A stretch of DNA of 64,000 nt from Candidatus Latescibacterota bacterium (GTDB lineage: Bacteria; Latescibacterota; UBA2968; UBA8231), in assembly GCA_965217585.1 (NCBI GenBank), contig OZ244561.1, positions 6,816,001 through 6,880,000 of the forward strand. The letters run 5' to 3'. A program made the position numbers and the translations under genes. Shown here piece after piece: positions 45,851-55,494 of this stretch. Position 1 is the first letter of the stretch, and each line of letters begins with the position of its first letter. Under the pieces are notes generated by a model. That model did no database searches. It was not told the DNA's origin and saw nothing but the letters and a program-made list of their open reading frames with translations.

Positions 45851-48472
45851 TTACTCCAAACCGGCAAAGATGCGCACGAACGCCAGTGCATTGGCCTTGC
45901 GCCGGCCGTCTTTGAACTCCACGCCCTGCCTCATACCCACTTCGGAGATCAGGCGGTAGCCTTGATAGTCGGATGCGGAGGTGAATTGCACCACGTAATT
46001 GAAGGCGCTCAGATCATCATCCTCTTTGCCAAAGTCCTGAAATATCAGGTACTCCATGCCGGCTTCAAGGCGGCTATTATCCAGCGCGGGCACCCTTGCG
46101 AGCATGGATACAATTTCCTGTAGCTCATGCCGTTCTCGCGCGCCTTTTTTGAAGCCGGTATCATACAAATACATGCTCTTGATCCTCGGCTCGACGGCCA
46201 GACCGGCGCCGATAGGTAGGGTGTAATTCGCCCGGTTGACCACTCCGAGAAAGGTCGAACGATCCTGCAGATCTGCGAATTCTCTCCTCTGGTTGTAGAC
46301 CTCGTACTTAAGCCGATTCTGCAGACGGAATCCCGGAATCACATTGTAGTCGTTTTCCAGGTACAGGGTATTGACAAAGGTATCCCTCGCTGCCAACGGG
46401 TCATCAAACGGAACCAGTGATTCCTGGGCATTCGGCTCCTGGACCCACTGCAGCAGGTCGTCCCGGATATCGTCTTCGACCCACCTGGCCATGTCGAATA
46501 CGCGCACCTCGCCCCATTGGGGCAGGTCTTTTTGGTAGATAAACATGGCATAGGAACTGACGGCATTTCTGGCGGACGAGATGGTGTTGATATCGGCGCG
46601 TCCCAGCCACAACCTGCCCGAAGGCAGAATCTCGATGGACCAATTTACATTGAAGCCCTGGCGATCCACCTTGTAGGGATAATCGGGCAATTCGTCGTCT
46701 TCAAAGCGGTCGACTACGGTATTGTTGTTCATATCCATGCCAAAGAGAAAACCCGGCGGGTCTACCCCGTGTCGCAAAAAAGGCTCCACGTAATCCGGCT
46801 GGAAATTTCGATTCTGATTGAAATCCGAGACGAAATCGTTGTTCTCGTCGAGGCCCGGGAAAATGCCACGCCCCAAATCCCGGTCATTGCCCGCTCTCTG
46901 ATTCACGGACCTTCGGCGCCAGTCGGGGAACCGGTCCTGGTCGTCGTTGTCGTCGACGAACTCAAAGACTGCTGTACTGGCGTCATCGAAGAACAGCTCC
47001 CCCCGGTCATTTACCAGAAAGGCGCTCGTCGAATAGCGATCACCGAGGCTGTAGACCTCACCGTAGGCCGACCAGGGAAAGGTATTGTACTCGGCGATCA
47101 GGAAGAAGGCTTCTGATTTGTCCGTTGCCAGCTCGTGCTCTGTGGGCCCGATCTCGGGGTCGGGATTCGGAAATCTCCTGTGTCGCCGGTTGAAGGCGAT
47201 TTCTCCCTGCAATCTGACCCCCCCCAGATCCACCAAGTCCAGGGTTGCGCCGAACACTTCGTTGCCTGTCGGAAGTCCGTATTCAAAGGCCACGACCCGC
47301 ATATTGGTGCCATCGCGCACATTCCCCTTGGCCCGTGCCACCTGGAGAAAGATCGGATCTCCTCTTCGATTCAACTGCACATTGGAACTGACCGCGACCC
47401 TGTAGTCGTTGGCCAGCACCAGCTCAAATTCGACCTTCCTGAACGAGATGATGTCCACGACCTGATCCTCGTCGTCGAAATAGGTGAATTGACTCAAGTC
47501 GTATATGAGCAGGATCTGCTCTCCGCCGCTGGCCTCTAGCCTTCCAGACCGCCTAGTCCCACCGCGGATGAGCGGCGCAATTTCCGCCCTGCGGCCATCG
47601 ACGATGATCTGCTCTGAAATCAGCACGCCGCCGCCGCTGCCGTCCTCCGGCGAGTCGTCCGCTATCCTGACGGTGATTTCACTGGCCCGGGTGCTGTTCT
47701 GGGCTTGACTCAGAATGCCCGCAAGAGAGTTGTTCGACAGGTCCGCCACCGAGTTTGCCGTGAAGCCCGATACATAGGTGGCACCGAGCTTGAGAAAGTC
47801 GCCGACCTGAGTCGTCCCACGCAGACCGAGCAGATTGCCGAAATCCGAGGCGGTTTCGGGGGGTGCGAAGTCATCGAAACGTATGAGACCCGGATCACTG
47901 GTTCGGGAAAGCAGCAGGGTGAGTTCGTATTTATCGGCAAGGAAGTCCCACTGGACCCCGTTGAAGGTGGGCTTGGAAAACGTCAGGGGTGTGAGCGTAG
48001 TGCGAATCTCGTCACCGATCGTAATGGCAGTATGGTACTGCCCTTTCGAGGTCGCCGCGACCACCAGACTGTTGAACCACGCATTGAACCTCGGATTCTT
48101 GAAGACCCGGCTGCCGAATTCGCCTGCGTGCTCCTGTTCCCAGTCGTAGATCTTCCATCCCCGGGTTATGTAATTGCCATAGGTATCGTAGAATTGAAAC
48201 CCTTCCAGATTGATGTCTACGTACCTCATGTACTGTTCTTTGGCGTAGTTGCTGTACTCCCATTGCCGCCAGCCGAATTCGTAGAACAACTCCTGCGGCC
48301 GGTACCACTTCCTATGGTAGGGCTGCACGGCCCCGAATTCTACGGTAGGGCCGATCAATTCAAAGCTGCCTTTCGGGCTTCGGGGTTGAGCCCAACTCGG
48401 GGTTGATAGCAGCGCCAATGCCAGCGCGGGGAGCATACTTGTCCTAAGAGGGCTTCTAAAGGCGAGTACCAT
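45851..48472 (-). CDS. Large exported protein, probable outer-membrane beta-barrel with Ca-binding-like loops
   Basis: Signal peptide; amphipathic beta strands; DDNDDQD, DENND and DMNNN motifs; C-terminus FVRIFAGLE. Confidence 0.65.
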   Translation of the reverse strand: MVLAFRSPLRTSMLPALALALLSTPSWAQPRSPKGSFELIGPTVEFGAVQPYHRKWYRPQELFYEFGWRQWEYSNYAKEQYMRYVDINLEGFQFYDTYGNYITRGWKIYDWEQEHAGEFGSRVFKNPRFNAWFNSLVVAATSKGQYHTAITIGDEIRTTLTPLTFSKPTFNGVQWDFLADKYELTLLLSRTSDPGLIRFDDFAPPETASDFGNLLGLRGTTQVGDFLKLGATYVSGFTANSVADLSNNSLAGILSQAQNSTRASEITVRIADDSPEDGSGGGVLISEQIIVDGRRAEIAPLIRGGTRRSGRLEASGGEQILLIYDLSQFTYFDDEDQVVDIISFRKVEFELVLANDYRVAVSSNVQLNRRGDPIFLQVARAKGNVRDGTNMRVVAFEYGLPTGNEVFGATLDLVDLGGVRLQGEIAFNRRHRRFPNPDPEIGPTEHELATDKSEAFFLIAEYNTFPWSAYGEVYSLGDRYSTSAFLVNDRGELFFDDASTAVFEFVDDNDDQDRFPDWRRRSVNQRAGNDRDLGRGIFPGLDENNDFVSDFNQNRNFQPDYVEPFLRHGVDPPGFLFGMDMNNNTVVDRFEDDELPDYPYKVDRQGFNVNWSIEILPSGRLWLGRADINTISSARNAVSSYAMFIYQKDLPQWGEVRVFDMARWVEDDIRDDLLQWVQEPNAQESLVPFDDPLAARDTFVNTLYLENDYNVIPGFRLQNRLKYEVYNQRREFADLQDRSTFLGVVNRANYTLPIGAGLAVEPRIKSMYLYDTGFKKGARERHELQEIVSMLARVPALDNSRLEAGMEYLIFQDFGKEDDDLSAFNYVVQFTSASDYQGYRLISEVGMRQGVEFKDGRRKANALAFVRIFAGLE

Positions 48473-48523
48473 GAATCCACACCTTTCTCATTTGGGCCGG
48501 CCAAACCTCTGCCGTCGCAACAC

Positions 48524-50905
48524 TTAGTACGCGACCCCGACGGTTCGCACCACCCTGTCGTCCCCTTCATCTCCCTGTACATGGACCTCGCACACGTACA
48601 AGCCCGGACTGACCAGCCTGCCGCTGTCGTCTCTCCCATCCCACACCACCCCTCGGTACTCACCGGCTAGGCCTCCCTCGCTGAATACCTCTCGCACCAC
48701 AGCGCCCGAAAGCCGGTACACTCTGACCCTGATCTGGCGGGGAATCATCACCTTTACAATGGTGAAGCTCAACTCGAGATCGTCGTCCACTCCATCGCCA
48801 TTGGGGGTCAATATCCGGCGCGAGAACGCCACATCCCTTATGAGATCATGGCCTTCGGCCACTCCCTCCAGGCGGATTGCGAGGGCATCTTTCAACGCTT
48901 CGTCCTCCAGCACCCGTTGCCGCACCCCACTACCCAAGGTGCTGTTCTCGGCCCAGACCTGGATTCGGGAGCCGTTCGCGAACACCTTGCCCGACAATAC
49001 CACACGCACGGATTCCCTGCGCACGACCCGGTCGAAGCGCACCCACAGGGAGTCTCCAGCTCCACTGAATTGTAAGGCCGCAATTGCTCCGCGGTCCCGG
49101 TTGACCTCGACGAATTCTGGTTGCCAGACCCCCCGTATCAACACGCCATCGAGTCCGCGCGCGGCCCCTCCTGTCGCCTGCTTCAAGGTGACGAAAAAGG
49201 TATCTCGCTTTCCGGGCACGACGGCTCTGGGCTCAATCTGTCCTTCGATCTTCTGCGCCAGGGCGGCCACCGTGTTTAGTTCGATGAAATCGAGTGCCGG
49301 ACTCACGGCCGGATCGGTGGAACTCAACTGAGCTTCGATCTGGACGAAACGGCGAGGACTCGGCGACAGGAACTCGCCCCCGGAGTACTCGTAGGGTTCG
49401 CTCCAGCCGCTCCAGTCGGGTCCCGGAGAGATTTCTTCCACTATATCGCCCCGGCGAAACTTTGGGGTTTGCTCATAGACGGCCTGCGATACTTCCTCTC
49501 CGTTCTTTTTGAAATAGTGCGACGTTTTCTCTACGCTGCTTCCCGATCGAGTCCGCAGGCGGAAAGAGGTTCCTGCGGGCTCGGTCCCGCCCCAAGTTAG
49601 GGAGGATATGCTTTCCTGCGTGCCCAGATCGATGATCGGCGAGGTCAAAGTCACGCCCGGACTCCTGCCCTCGCCAAAGATCTGCATCTCGAAAATCAGA
49701 CCTCCATTACCGCCGCGCACAAAGTGCTGGTCCTGCGAGGTAAAGCCGTAGAAGTGATGGAGGAGGAGGTAGCGCACCCGCCGGCGCGCAAAGCCGATGT
49801 CGAATTTGAGCAAGCGCGGATTGTTGGCGTTGTTGTTCACATCGGCGACCTGCTCCCATTGCAGATCCCGACCATTCAGGCGCCACACCGAATCTGCGGA
49901 GCGGGTCGTGGTGGTGCCGTCCGAGACGTAGAGGCGGAAGCCGTCCATATCCGTCCTCACGGCCTCCTTGGTACGTCCCAGAACTCTGATCGAATCGACC
50001 CAGAACTGGCTGCCGAGATCCCACTGCAGGAACGAACCAACCCAACCACCCACACCCAAGGGACCGGGCTCGGCCCATGGATCGCCCCTGAGCGGTGTCT
50101 CCCAGCTCGTCCAGAACAGGCCGTCGAATAGATGACTCCCCGGCTGTGCCTTCTCGCCCGATATGGTGAAACCACCCCGTTCCTTGGTGGCGAGGGCGAT
50201 ATTGTCGCCGATCGCATCGACCTCTATCTCGGCCAGCGCCGCGTTTTCCGCCTTTTTGAGGAAGGCGATGCGGATGTACTGGACGACCTTCCCCATTAGT
50301 GGATCACCCGCCCGGTCGCGCTCTTCTAGGTCTATCTGAAACAGGTTCTCTCGATGGTCCTTTTTCGTCTCGTATATCAGCTCAAAGAAGAGATTCTCGA
50401 GCTGGCTGAACTCAAAGCGCTTGCGTCCATCGGAAACAAATATCTTGAACTGCGGGAAAGGAACCCGGTCTGCGGGAAAGATCAGCCTCAGCGCTGTGGC
50501 CGTGACAGCCCGACCCAAGTCCAGTTCCAGCCACCACTTCTCCACATCGTCGTCTGGGTCGGGTGCCCAGTAGGTGGAGCGTTGTCCATCGATGAGGTTG
50601 CCGGCGTCTCTCGGGTTGCTCCCCACCTCGCGAATACCGCCCTCCTGCGGACGGCCGCCGCGCTCGTACGAGAACTGGGTTGCGTTCAGCGCCGCGTTGA
50701 TCCCTTTGCGGATTCCATCGACCTCGATCCGGCCGTCGGGGGTTATCCTGGAAACACCTGCGGGGATGTCCCAGGTCTTCCACTCCGCGGCCGTGTCCCA
50801 ACGCAGTTCCGCGGCACCGGCATATCCCGCCCACAGGACGCCTCCCACCCAGGCGTAGAGGCAGAGCATGAATAGATACAGAGGTTGATTCGCGTTGCCG
50901 ACCAT
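48524..50905 (-). CDS. Secreted discoidin-like protein with FlgD/CHU_C-type C-terminal domain
   Basis: NLIDG...TYW...LELDLGR; TPNGDGVDD...WDGRD...PGLY. Confidence 0.75.
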   Translation of the reverse strand: MVGNANQPLYLFMLCLYAWVGGVLWAGYAGAAELRWDTAAEWKTWDIPAGVSRITPDGRIEVDGIRKGINAALNATQFSYERGGRPQEGGIREVGSNPRDAGNLIDGQRSTYWAPDPDDDVEKWWLELDLGRAVTATALRLIFPADRVPFPQFKIFVSDGRKRFEFSQLENLFFELIYETKKDHRENLFQIDLEERDRAGDPLMGKVVQYIRIAFLKKAENAALAEIEVDAIGDNIALATKERGGFTISGEKAQPGSHLFDGLFWTSWETPLRGDPWAEPGPLGVGGWVGSFLQWDLGSQFWVDSIRVLGRTKEAVRTDMDGFRLYVSDGTTTTRSADSVWRLNGRDLQWEQVADVNNNANNPRLLKFDIGFARRRVRYLLLHHFYGFTSQDQHFVRGGNGGLIFEMQIFGEGRSPGVTLTSPIIDLGTQESISSLTWGGTEPAGTSFRLRTRSGSSVEKTSHYFKKNGEEVSQAVYEQTPKFRRGDIVEEISPGPDWSGWSEPYEYSGGEFLSPSPRRFVQIEAQLSSTDPAVSPALDFIELNTVAALAQKIEGQIEPRAVVPGKRDTFFVTLKQATGGAARGLDGVLIRGVWQPEFVEVNRDRGAIAALQFSGAGDSLWVRFDRVVRRESVRVVLSGKVFANGSRIQVWAENSTLGSGVRQRVLEDEALKDALAIRLEGVAEGHDLIRDVAFSRRILTPNGDGVDDDLELSFTIVKVMIPRQIRVRVYRLSGAVVREVFSEGGLAGEYRGVVWDGRDDSGRLVSPGLYVCEVHVQGDEGDDRVVRTVGVAY

Positions 50906-50919
50906 TTTGCCACCACCTC

Positions 50920-52809
50920 TCAGTACACAAGCGCAACCGACACTACCTCCACAAAGGTGTCCGTCTGGCTATCCACGCGGACAGAGCAGAGGTACAGGCC
51001 CGGGGGCACTAGGCGGCCGGTGTTGTTCCGCCCATCCCATTCCACCCGGTGACTTCCCCTGGGCATGGCTTGGTTTAGCAGTTCGCGCACTTTTTCGCCG
51101 CTGAGGTCGTAGATCGCCAGCCGCACCGGAATCGCCTCAAAGGCTTGAAATATCGCGAAGGAAATATCCGCGCTATCATTGACTCCATCCCCGTTGGGTG
51201 TGAACGGGTTGGAGCCGATCCCGACATTGCCGAGAATGGTGCCGAGGGAACTCTTCTTGGCCTCTACCAGCAACTCACCGCTCCTCGCCTCCTGTACCTT
51301 TTGGCCGAACGCGGCTTGCTCCTCCGAGGCAAATACCTCGCTGGAAAAGGTGTGGCCGAATTCCAAGAGCGCACTGGTGAAGATCACCTCCACCGAATCG
51401 CTCTCCTCCGACACCCTTGAAGCGGGATCGAGGAGCTGAATACTGATAACCCCGTCTTCTTGTTCTATTTTCAATTCCCCCACAGGTACCTCGGTCTGTC
51501 CCACCCGCACTGTTGTCACCTCGGTGCCTGCCGAGGTGGCAATTTGCACCATGTCGAATCCCACATCCCCATCCGCAAATGTGGGGCTGATGGTGTAGCG
51601 GAACTCTGTTTCGGCGCCGAGTTCCACATCCTGGCGCGGCGCAATACGGCCCATCAGTTGCTGCGCGAGGAGGGGATACTGAAACTGGATCCCCAAGGAA
51701 TCCATGGCTGCTCCATAGTCGGGTGACAGGGTTGTCATGGACGCCCGCACCTGGAGGAATCTACGCGGCCCGAGGGTCGCAATCCGCCCGCCGCTGTGGG
51801 CGTATGGGAGCGACCACGTGGTCCAGTTTTCCAGATCTCCGCGCACGCTTCCCCGCGCATCGGTGGGCAGCTCTTCCCATTCATCCTGGGCCTGTGCGTC
51901 GGTGGCGGCCTGGATCGGCACCTCCACACCAAACTCATTGATGCGATTGTACACCCGGGTCGTCCTGTCTTCGCCGACCCGGGTCTGTATGCTCAACGCC
52001 GATCCCGGTTCCAGATTGCTTCCCCAAATTATGTCGCCGAGATTCGCCACGGCACCCAGATCCAGCACCTTGGAGAGGAAAGATCCCCGCTTCACGAACC
52101 CGCTACCCCTGACCTCAATCTGGTCGATTTCAAAGGGCTGGGCAGACGAACTCCTCAGTTTCAGGAAGCGCACATGCTGGGCTGCGAATTGCACGGTGGT
52201 CTCTTGATTGACGTTGCGCGGTACAGCGCGCACCAGACTGTAGATCGGCAGCCCCTCCTCGTTCAGGGTTTCCGGCGACCCATCGTTTACGGACAGCTCG
52301 AAACCCTTCATATACAGATCGCGGTGGGCGCCAAAGCTCAGGGGATAGAACTTGAACTCGTCGACTGGAAACGCGCTTCCGAGGTCGATGAAAATTATGA
52401 CCCCGTTGTTGTTGCGCTCCCGGTTGAAGGCATTGAAGGAGGTTGAGTCGCGTTTTCCATCGGCGACCCTCAGCAGATCAAAATTCTCACCAAAACTACC
52501 GTTGGGTGTCCAGATTCGGGCATCGCCCGGCTGGAAATCCGCACTGGTGGGATCTCTTCCGGCAAATAAACGGCTGTCATTAAACAGCCGGTTCAGGATG
52601 TTCTGCTCCTGTTTCGTCCTTTCCAGCTGAATCCACCCCGGAGTCGTCGCGTCGTCCAGGCCCCTTAGCTCTCCGTCTTCGATCCAGGCCCGCCCGCCCC
52701 CGCCGACCACGAGGGTATCCACGACGGCGACGGCGGGCCGGACCGCCAGGAAGCCAACGCCAATCAGGATGGTCCCCGATTTTATGAATTGCCGCCAATG
52801 AGCGACCAT
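50920..52809 (-). CDS. Secreted discoidin-like protein with FlgD/CHU_C-type C-terminal domain, distant paralog
   Basis: IFIDLG; NPFTPNGDGVND...WDGRN...PPGLY. Confidence 0.75.
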   Translation of the reverse strand: MVAHWRQFIKSGTILIGVGFLAVRPAVAVVDTLVVGGGGRAWIEDGELRGLDDATTPGWIQLERTKQEQNILNRLFNDSRLFAGRDPTSADFQPGDARIWTPNGSFGENFDLLRVADGKRDSTSFNAFNRERNNNGVIIFIDLGSAFPVDEFKFYPLSFGAHRDLYMKGFELSVNDGSPETLNEEGLPIYSLVRAVPRNVNQETTVQFAAQHVRFLKLRSSSAQPFEIDQIEVRGSGFVKRGSFLSKVLDLGAVANLGDIIWGSNLEPGSALSIQTRVGEDRTTRVYNRINEFGVEVPIQAATDAQAQDEWEELPTDARGSVRGDLENWTTWSLPYAHSGGRIATLGPRRFLQVRASMTTLSPDYGAAMDSLGIQFQYPLLAQQLMGRIAPRQDVELGAETEFRYTISPTFADGDVGFDMVQIATSAGTEVTTVRVGQTEVPVGELKIEQEDGVISIQLLDPASRVSEESDSVEVIFTSALLEFGHTFSSEVFASEEQAAFGQKVQEARSGELLVEAKKSSLGTILGNVGIGSNPFTPNGDGVNDSADISFAIFQAFEAIPVRLAIYDLSGEKVRELLNQAMPRGSHRVEWDGRNNTGRLVPPGLYLCSVRVDSQTDTFVEVVSVALVY

Positions 52810-53519
52810 TCTTTAACTTTCTCCACCTCGCGCTCAAACCTGTACACGGCATTCAGGGTACGGGTCGGCCGGCCCGCATAATCGAAGCGGACGACGATAT
52901 CATTTACGAAGACGGTTATCTGCTGGACCTCTTCGTGCAGCCGGGGGAATACCACAAAACCGCTGTCTTCCTGCCCGCTGAATACCGGCTCCTTCTTGTA
53001 CAGGGTCCGCCGTAGGAGATCCACCCGCCGCTGGAACAGACGGTGGAAGGCATTCCCCGCATAGCCCTGGGCGAGCGGATAGTAATACTGCTCGAGCAGC
53101 GCCAGCGAAAACGGCTCGTACATACGGCCACTTGCCGATCTGACTCCGATATTCAGCGGATCCACGATGACTTTTGGAAATTCGTAGTTCTTTACGCTCA
53201 GCAGCAGTACGGTGAAAAGACCGGGGGGTTCCTCCCGGTCCGGTGGTTTGAAGTCCCCCAGGGTGTACGGATTGGAGGACTTGTTGCCGCTCCTGGAGTA
53301 CTGCTCAAACTGCCTGTTCAATTCCCGATCGGTGAACACCCGGACCCCCACCTCCAGCCTGCCCTCTGTGAAGATCACCGTTCCGTTGTCGAGGACATTG
53401 ACATCCGCGCTCTGGTGCTTCGAATCCACCGGTTGCAGAGCGCCGAAGGAAAGCTGGTACGAGCAGCCCGACAGCAGAGCGGGGACGAGTCCACAGTAGA
53501 GAAGTTTTTTGAGTTCCAT
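52782..53519 (-). CDS. Hypothetical lipoprotein
   Basis: Lipobox LLSGC; overlaps the next gene. Confidence 0.75.
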   Translation of the reverse strand: MELKKLLYCGLVPALLSGCSYQLSFGALQPVDSKHQSADVNVLDNGTVIFTEGRLEVGVRVFTDRELNRQFEQYSRSGNKSSNPYTLGDFKPPDREEPPGLFTVLLLSVKNYEFPKVIVDPLNIGVRSASGRMYEPFSLALLEQYYYPLAQGYAGNAFHRLFQRRVDLLRRTLYKKEPVFSGQEDSGFVVFPRLHEEVQQITVFVNDIVVRFDYAGRPTRTLNAVYRFEREVEKVKEWSLIGGNS

Positions 53520-53545
53520 CCACCGTACTCGCGGTCCAAAATAGA

Positions 53546-53596
53546 AAACGGCAGGCGGGAATAGCGACGTAAAACCCCGTGTCCCACCTGCCGTTT
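53546..53596 (-). terminator. 15-bp stem-loop within the operon
   Basis: On the minus strand AAACGGCAGGTGGGA...TCCCGCCTGCCGTTT (one G-U pair), followed by TCTATTTT. Confidence 0.6.
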
Positions 53597-53614
53597 ATTG
53601 GTTGTGCGGCTTAT

Positions 53615-54493
53615 TTATTCAGAGCCGAAAGCCGCCTTGATCCGTCCCCAGGTCCGCGCTTCGGTCGCGGTGGGGATCTCGGCCTCGGTGTCGGCTACGG
53701 ACACTAGGAGCACGTCGCTGGCATTTTCTCCCTGGGTGGCCAGATCCCCGAGCCGCCAGGCCACCTCGTCCTTGGGATCCTCGGTGTCCTGGTCCTCAAT
53801 GGTCATGCCGAGACCAATCACCTCGCCGGCAGTCAAGGTGTGCACTGCGGAGGCGTCCGGGCCGTCGAAGGACAACTCGTCGTAGGTGATCTGGGCGATC
53901 TCAAAGGTCCAGTCGTTGTCTATGGTTTCCCCCGCCTGGAACATCTGCGGCTCATCCGTCACCCACTTCAGCGGACCTGGTTCGACGCCAGACCCCTCGA
54001 TCTGCCAGAACACGACGATTTTCTCGTCCGGGGTCCAGCCAAACTGCTGGGCCCTCCGGGAATCGTTACCCTCCTGGCCAAAGTCGGGGTCGGCGCTGTG
54101 GTCGGCGTCCAAGAGCCACATGTAGTTGTCTTCGGCGAAGGACACCGAGTAGTCCTCTGCCCGCGAAAACTGCAGGTCGTCTATGATGCGACCTACGTGG
54201 TAGAGCATGTTGGTTTCGGGGCTCCAAGCCAAGAAGAACAGCACATCGAAGTCGTCTCGCGGGGTACTGCCGCTGGAGACACCGTCCGATACTACGCCCG
54301 GCCATGGACTGCTCATGGTCCAGGTGAAGGTGTCGGGCATCCAGGCCCAGTCCGAGATGTCGCCGTCGAACTGGATCTGCGCGAGCTTGTCCGACGGAAT
54401 CCCAGCCGCAAAGGCCTCGAATCCAGCGGGAGTGTGCGCCGCACTATGGGTGACCCATCCCGTCAGGATGAGCATGGCGATACTGAGTCTCAT
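53615..54493 (-). CDS. Secreted acidic CBM9/DOMON-like protein with TWGRIK tag
   Basis: Signal peptide; FDGDISDW; LLDADHS; WTFEIA; tail PTATEARTWGRIK. Confidence 0.7.
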   Translation of the reverse strand: MRLSIAMLILTGWVTHSAAHTPAGFEAFAAGIPSDKLAQIQFDGDISDWAWMPDTFTWTMSSPWPGVVSDGVSSGSTPRDDFDVLFFLAWSPETNMLYHVGRIIDDLQFSRAEDYSVSFAEDNYMWLLDADHSADPDFGQEGNDSRRAQQFGWTPDEKIVVFWQIEGSGVEPGPLKWVTDEPQMFQAGETIDNDWTFEIAQITYDELSFDGPDASAVHTLTAGEVIGLGMTIEDQDTEDPKDEVAWRLGDLATQGENASDVLLVSVADTEAEIPTATEARTWGRIKAAFGSE

Positions 54494-54625
54494 GATGGCC
54501 TCCTGTGTCGTTGAGTGCTGCGTATAGTTCCAACCTTATCCACTGCCACTTATTTTCATTTTTTTTCGGCTTTCACCCCCTTTCTATCATACATGAGATG
54601 GCGCTTGTACATGGCTCCCTGTTGT

Positions 54626-55108
54626 CTACAGGACTCGCTCCATGATGTATCTATCGACCGCTCCCTCAGGGGTATCGTTGCGCACCCGCACAATCACGTT
54701 TCCGTCCACCCGCACAATTATGGTTTCGTCTAGCGTCGGATACACGCTCAGTCTTATGCTGATCTCCATGCCGCCCGGGAGCACTCTGCCCAGCAGGTCG
54801 TGCCGGGCACCGGGGGCCGGCACCCTCTCGTACACCAGTCTCTCGGGGGGATTGCCTTCCACCTGAGTGCTTATCACAATGCCTCCCAGTCCCCCCAGTC
54901 CCTCCGCACTCTGGTCAAAAATCAGAAAAACGCTCCCGTCCTCAAAACCGGCACCGGCGCTACTCGAGAAACACCCGTAGCTCATGCCCAGCAGAACGAC
55001 GGCGACAGCGCCGACCCAGGTCTGCCGTGGCCCCGATCTTAGGATGCCCTCATTTTGCGCTCTGTTTCGACCTGCCAAAGGACCACGGCCCGTGACCTTT
55101 CGACGCAT
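54626..55108 (-). CDS. Hypothetical (possible lipoprotein)
   Basis: Hydrophobic stretch then SYGC; start uncertain. Confidence 0.5.
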   Translation of the reverse strand: MRRKVTGRGPLAGRNRAQNEGILRSGPRQTWVGAVAVVLLGMSYGCFSSSAGAGFEDGSVFLIFDQSAEGLGGLGGIVISTQVEGNPPERLVYERVPAPGARHDLLGRVLPGGMEISIRLSVYPTLDETIIVRVDGNVIVRVRNDTPEGAVDRYIMERVL

Positions 55109-55231
55109 CTACTGACTCCAGTGCATGTACCGCGGTTCACGTTTTCTTAGATATTATACTGTCCTCCCCAAGTCGCAACAAGGCCAATATTCTATATATG
55201 ATATGGTGTTAGAGTTGTCGCGTTATAGGCC

Positions 55232-55259
55232 AAAACGCATCCTCGCGCCCGACACAAGG
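55232..55259 (+). repeat. 28-bp direct repeat, right copy
   Basis: AAAACGCATCCTCGCGCCCGACACAAGG. Confidence 0.8.
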
Positions 55260-55494
55260 TCGGCAGTCCGTGCCTATCCTTTGAGGGTGGTATCGGCTCC
55301 ACGCTCGTGCGCTTGACCCGGTCTTTTTCCCTTGTTTTTCTCTTATAGAAGCGAGTAAGCGATCCCACCTGCTGGAGTGGCATCGAACCCCACTACTCAG
55401 AAAGTACGCATCATGCCTGATGATTATGGAATCACCACTGCAACCTGGGACAACTCCAAGGGGCACGTTTTTATCCGACATGGTAAGCAAGCTA

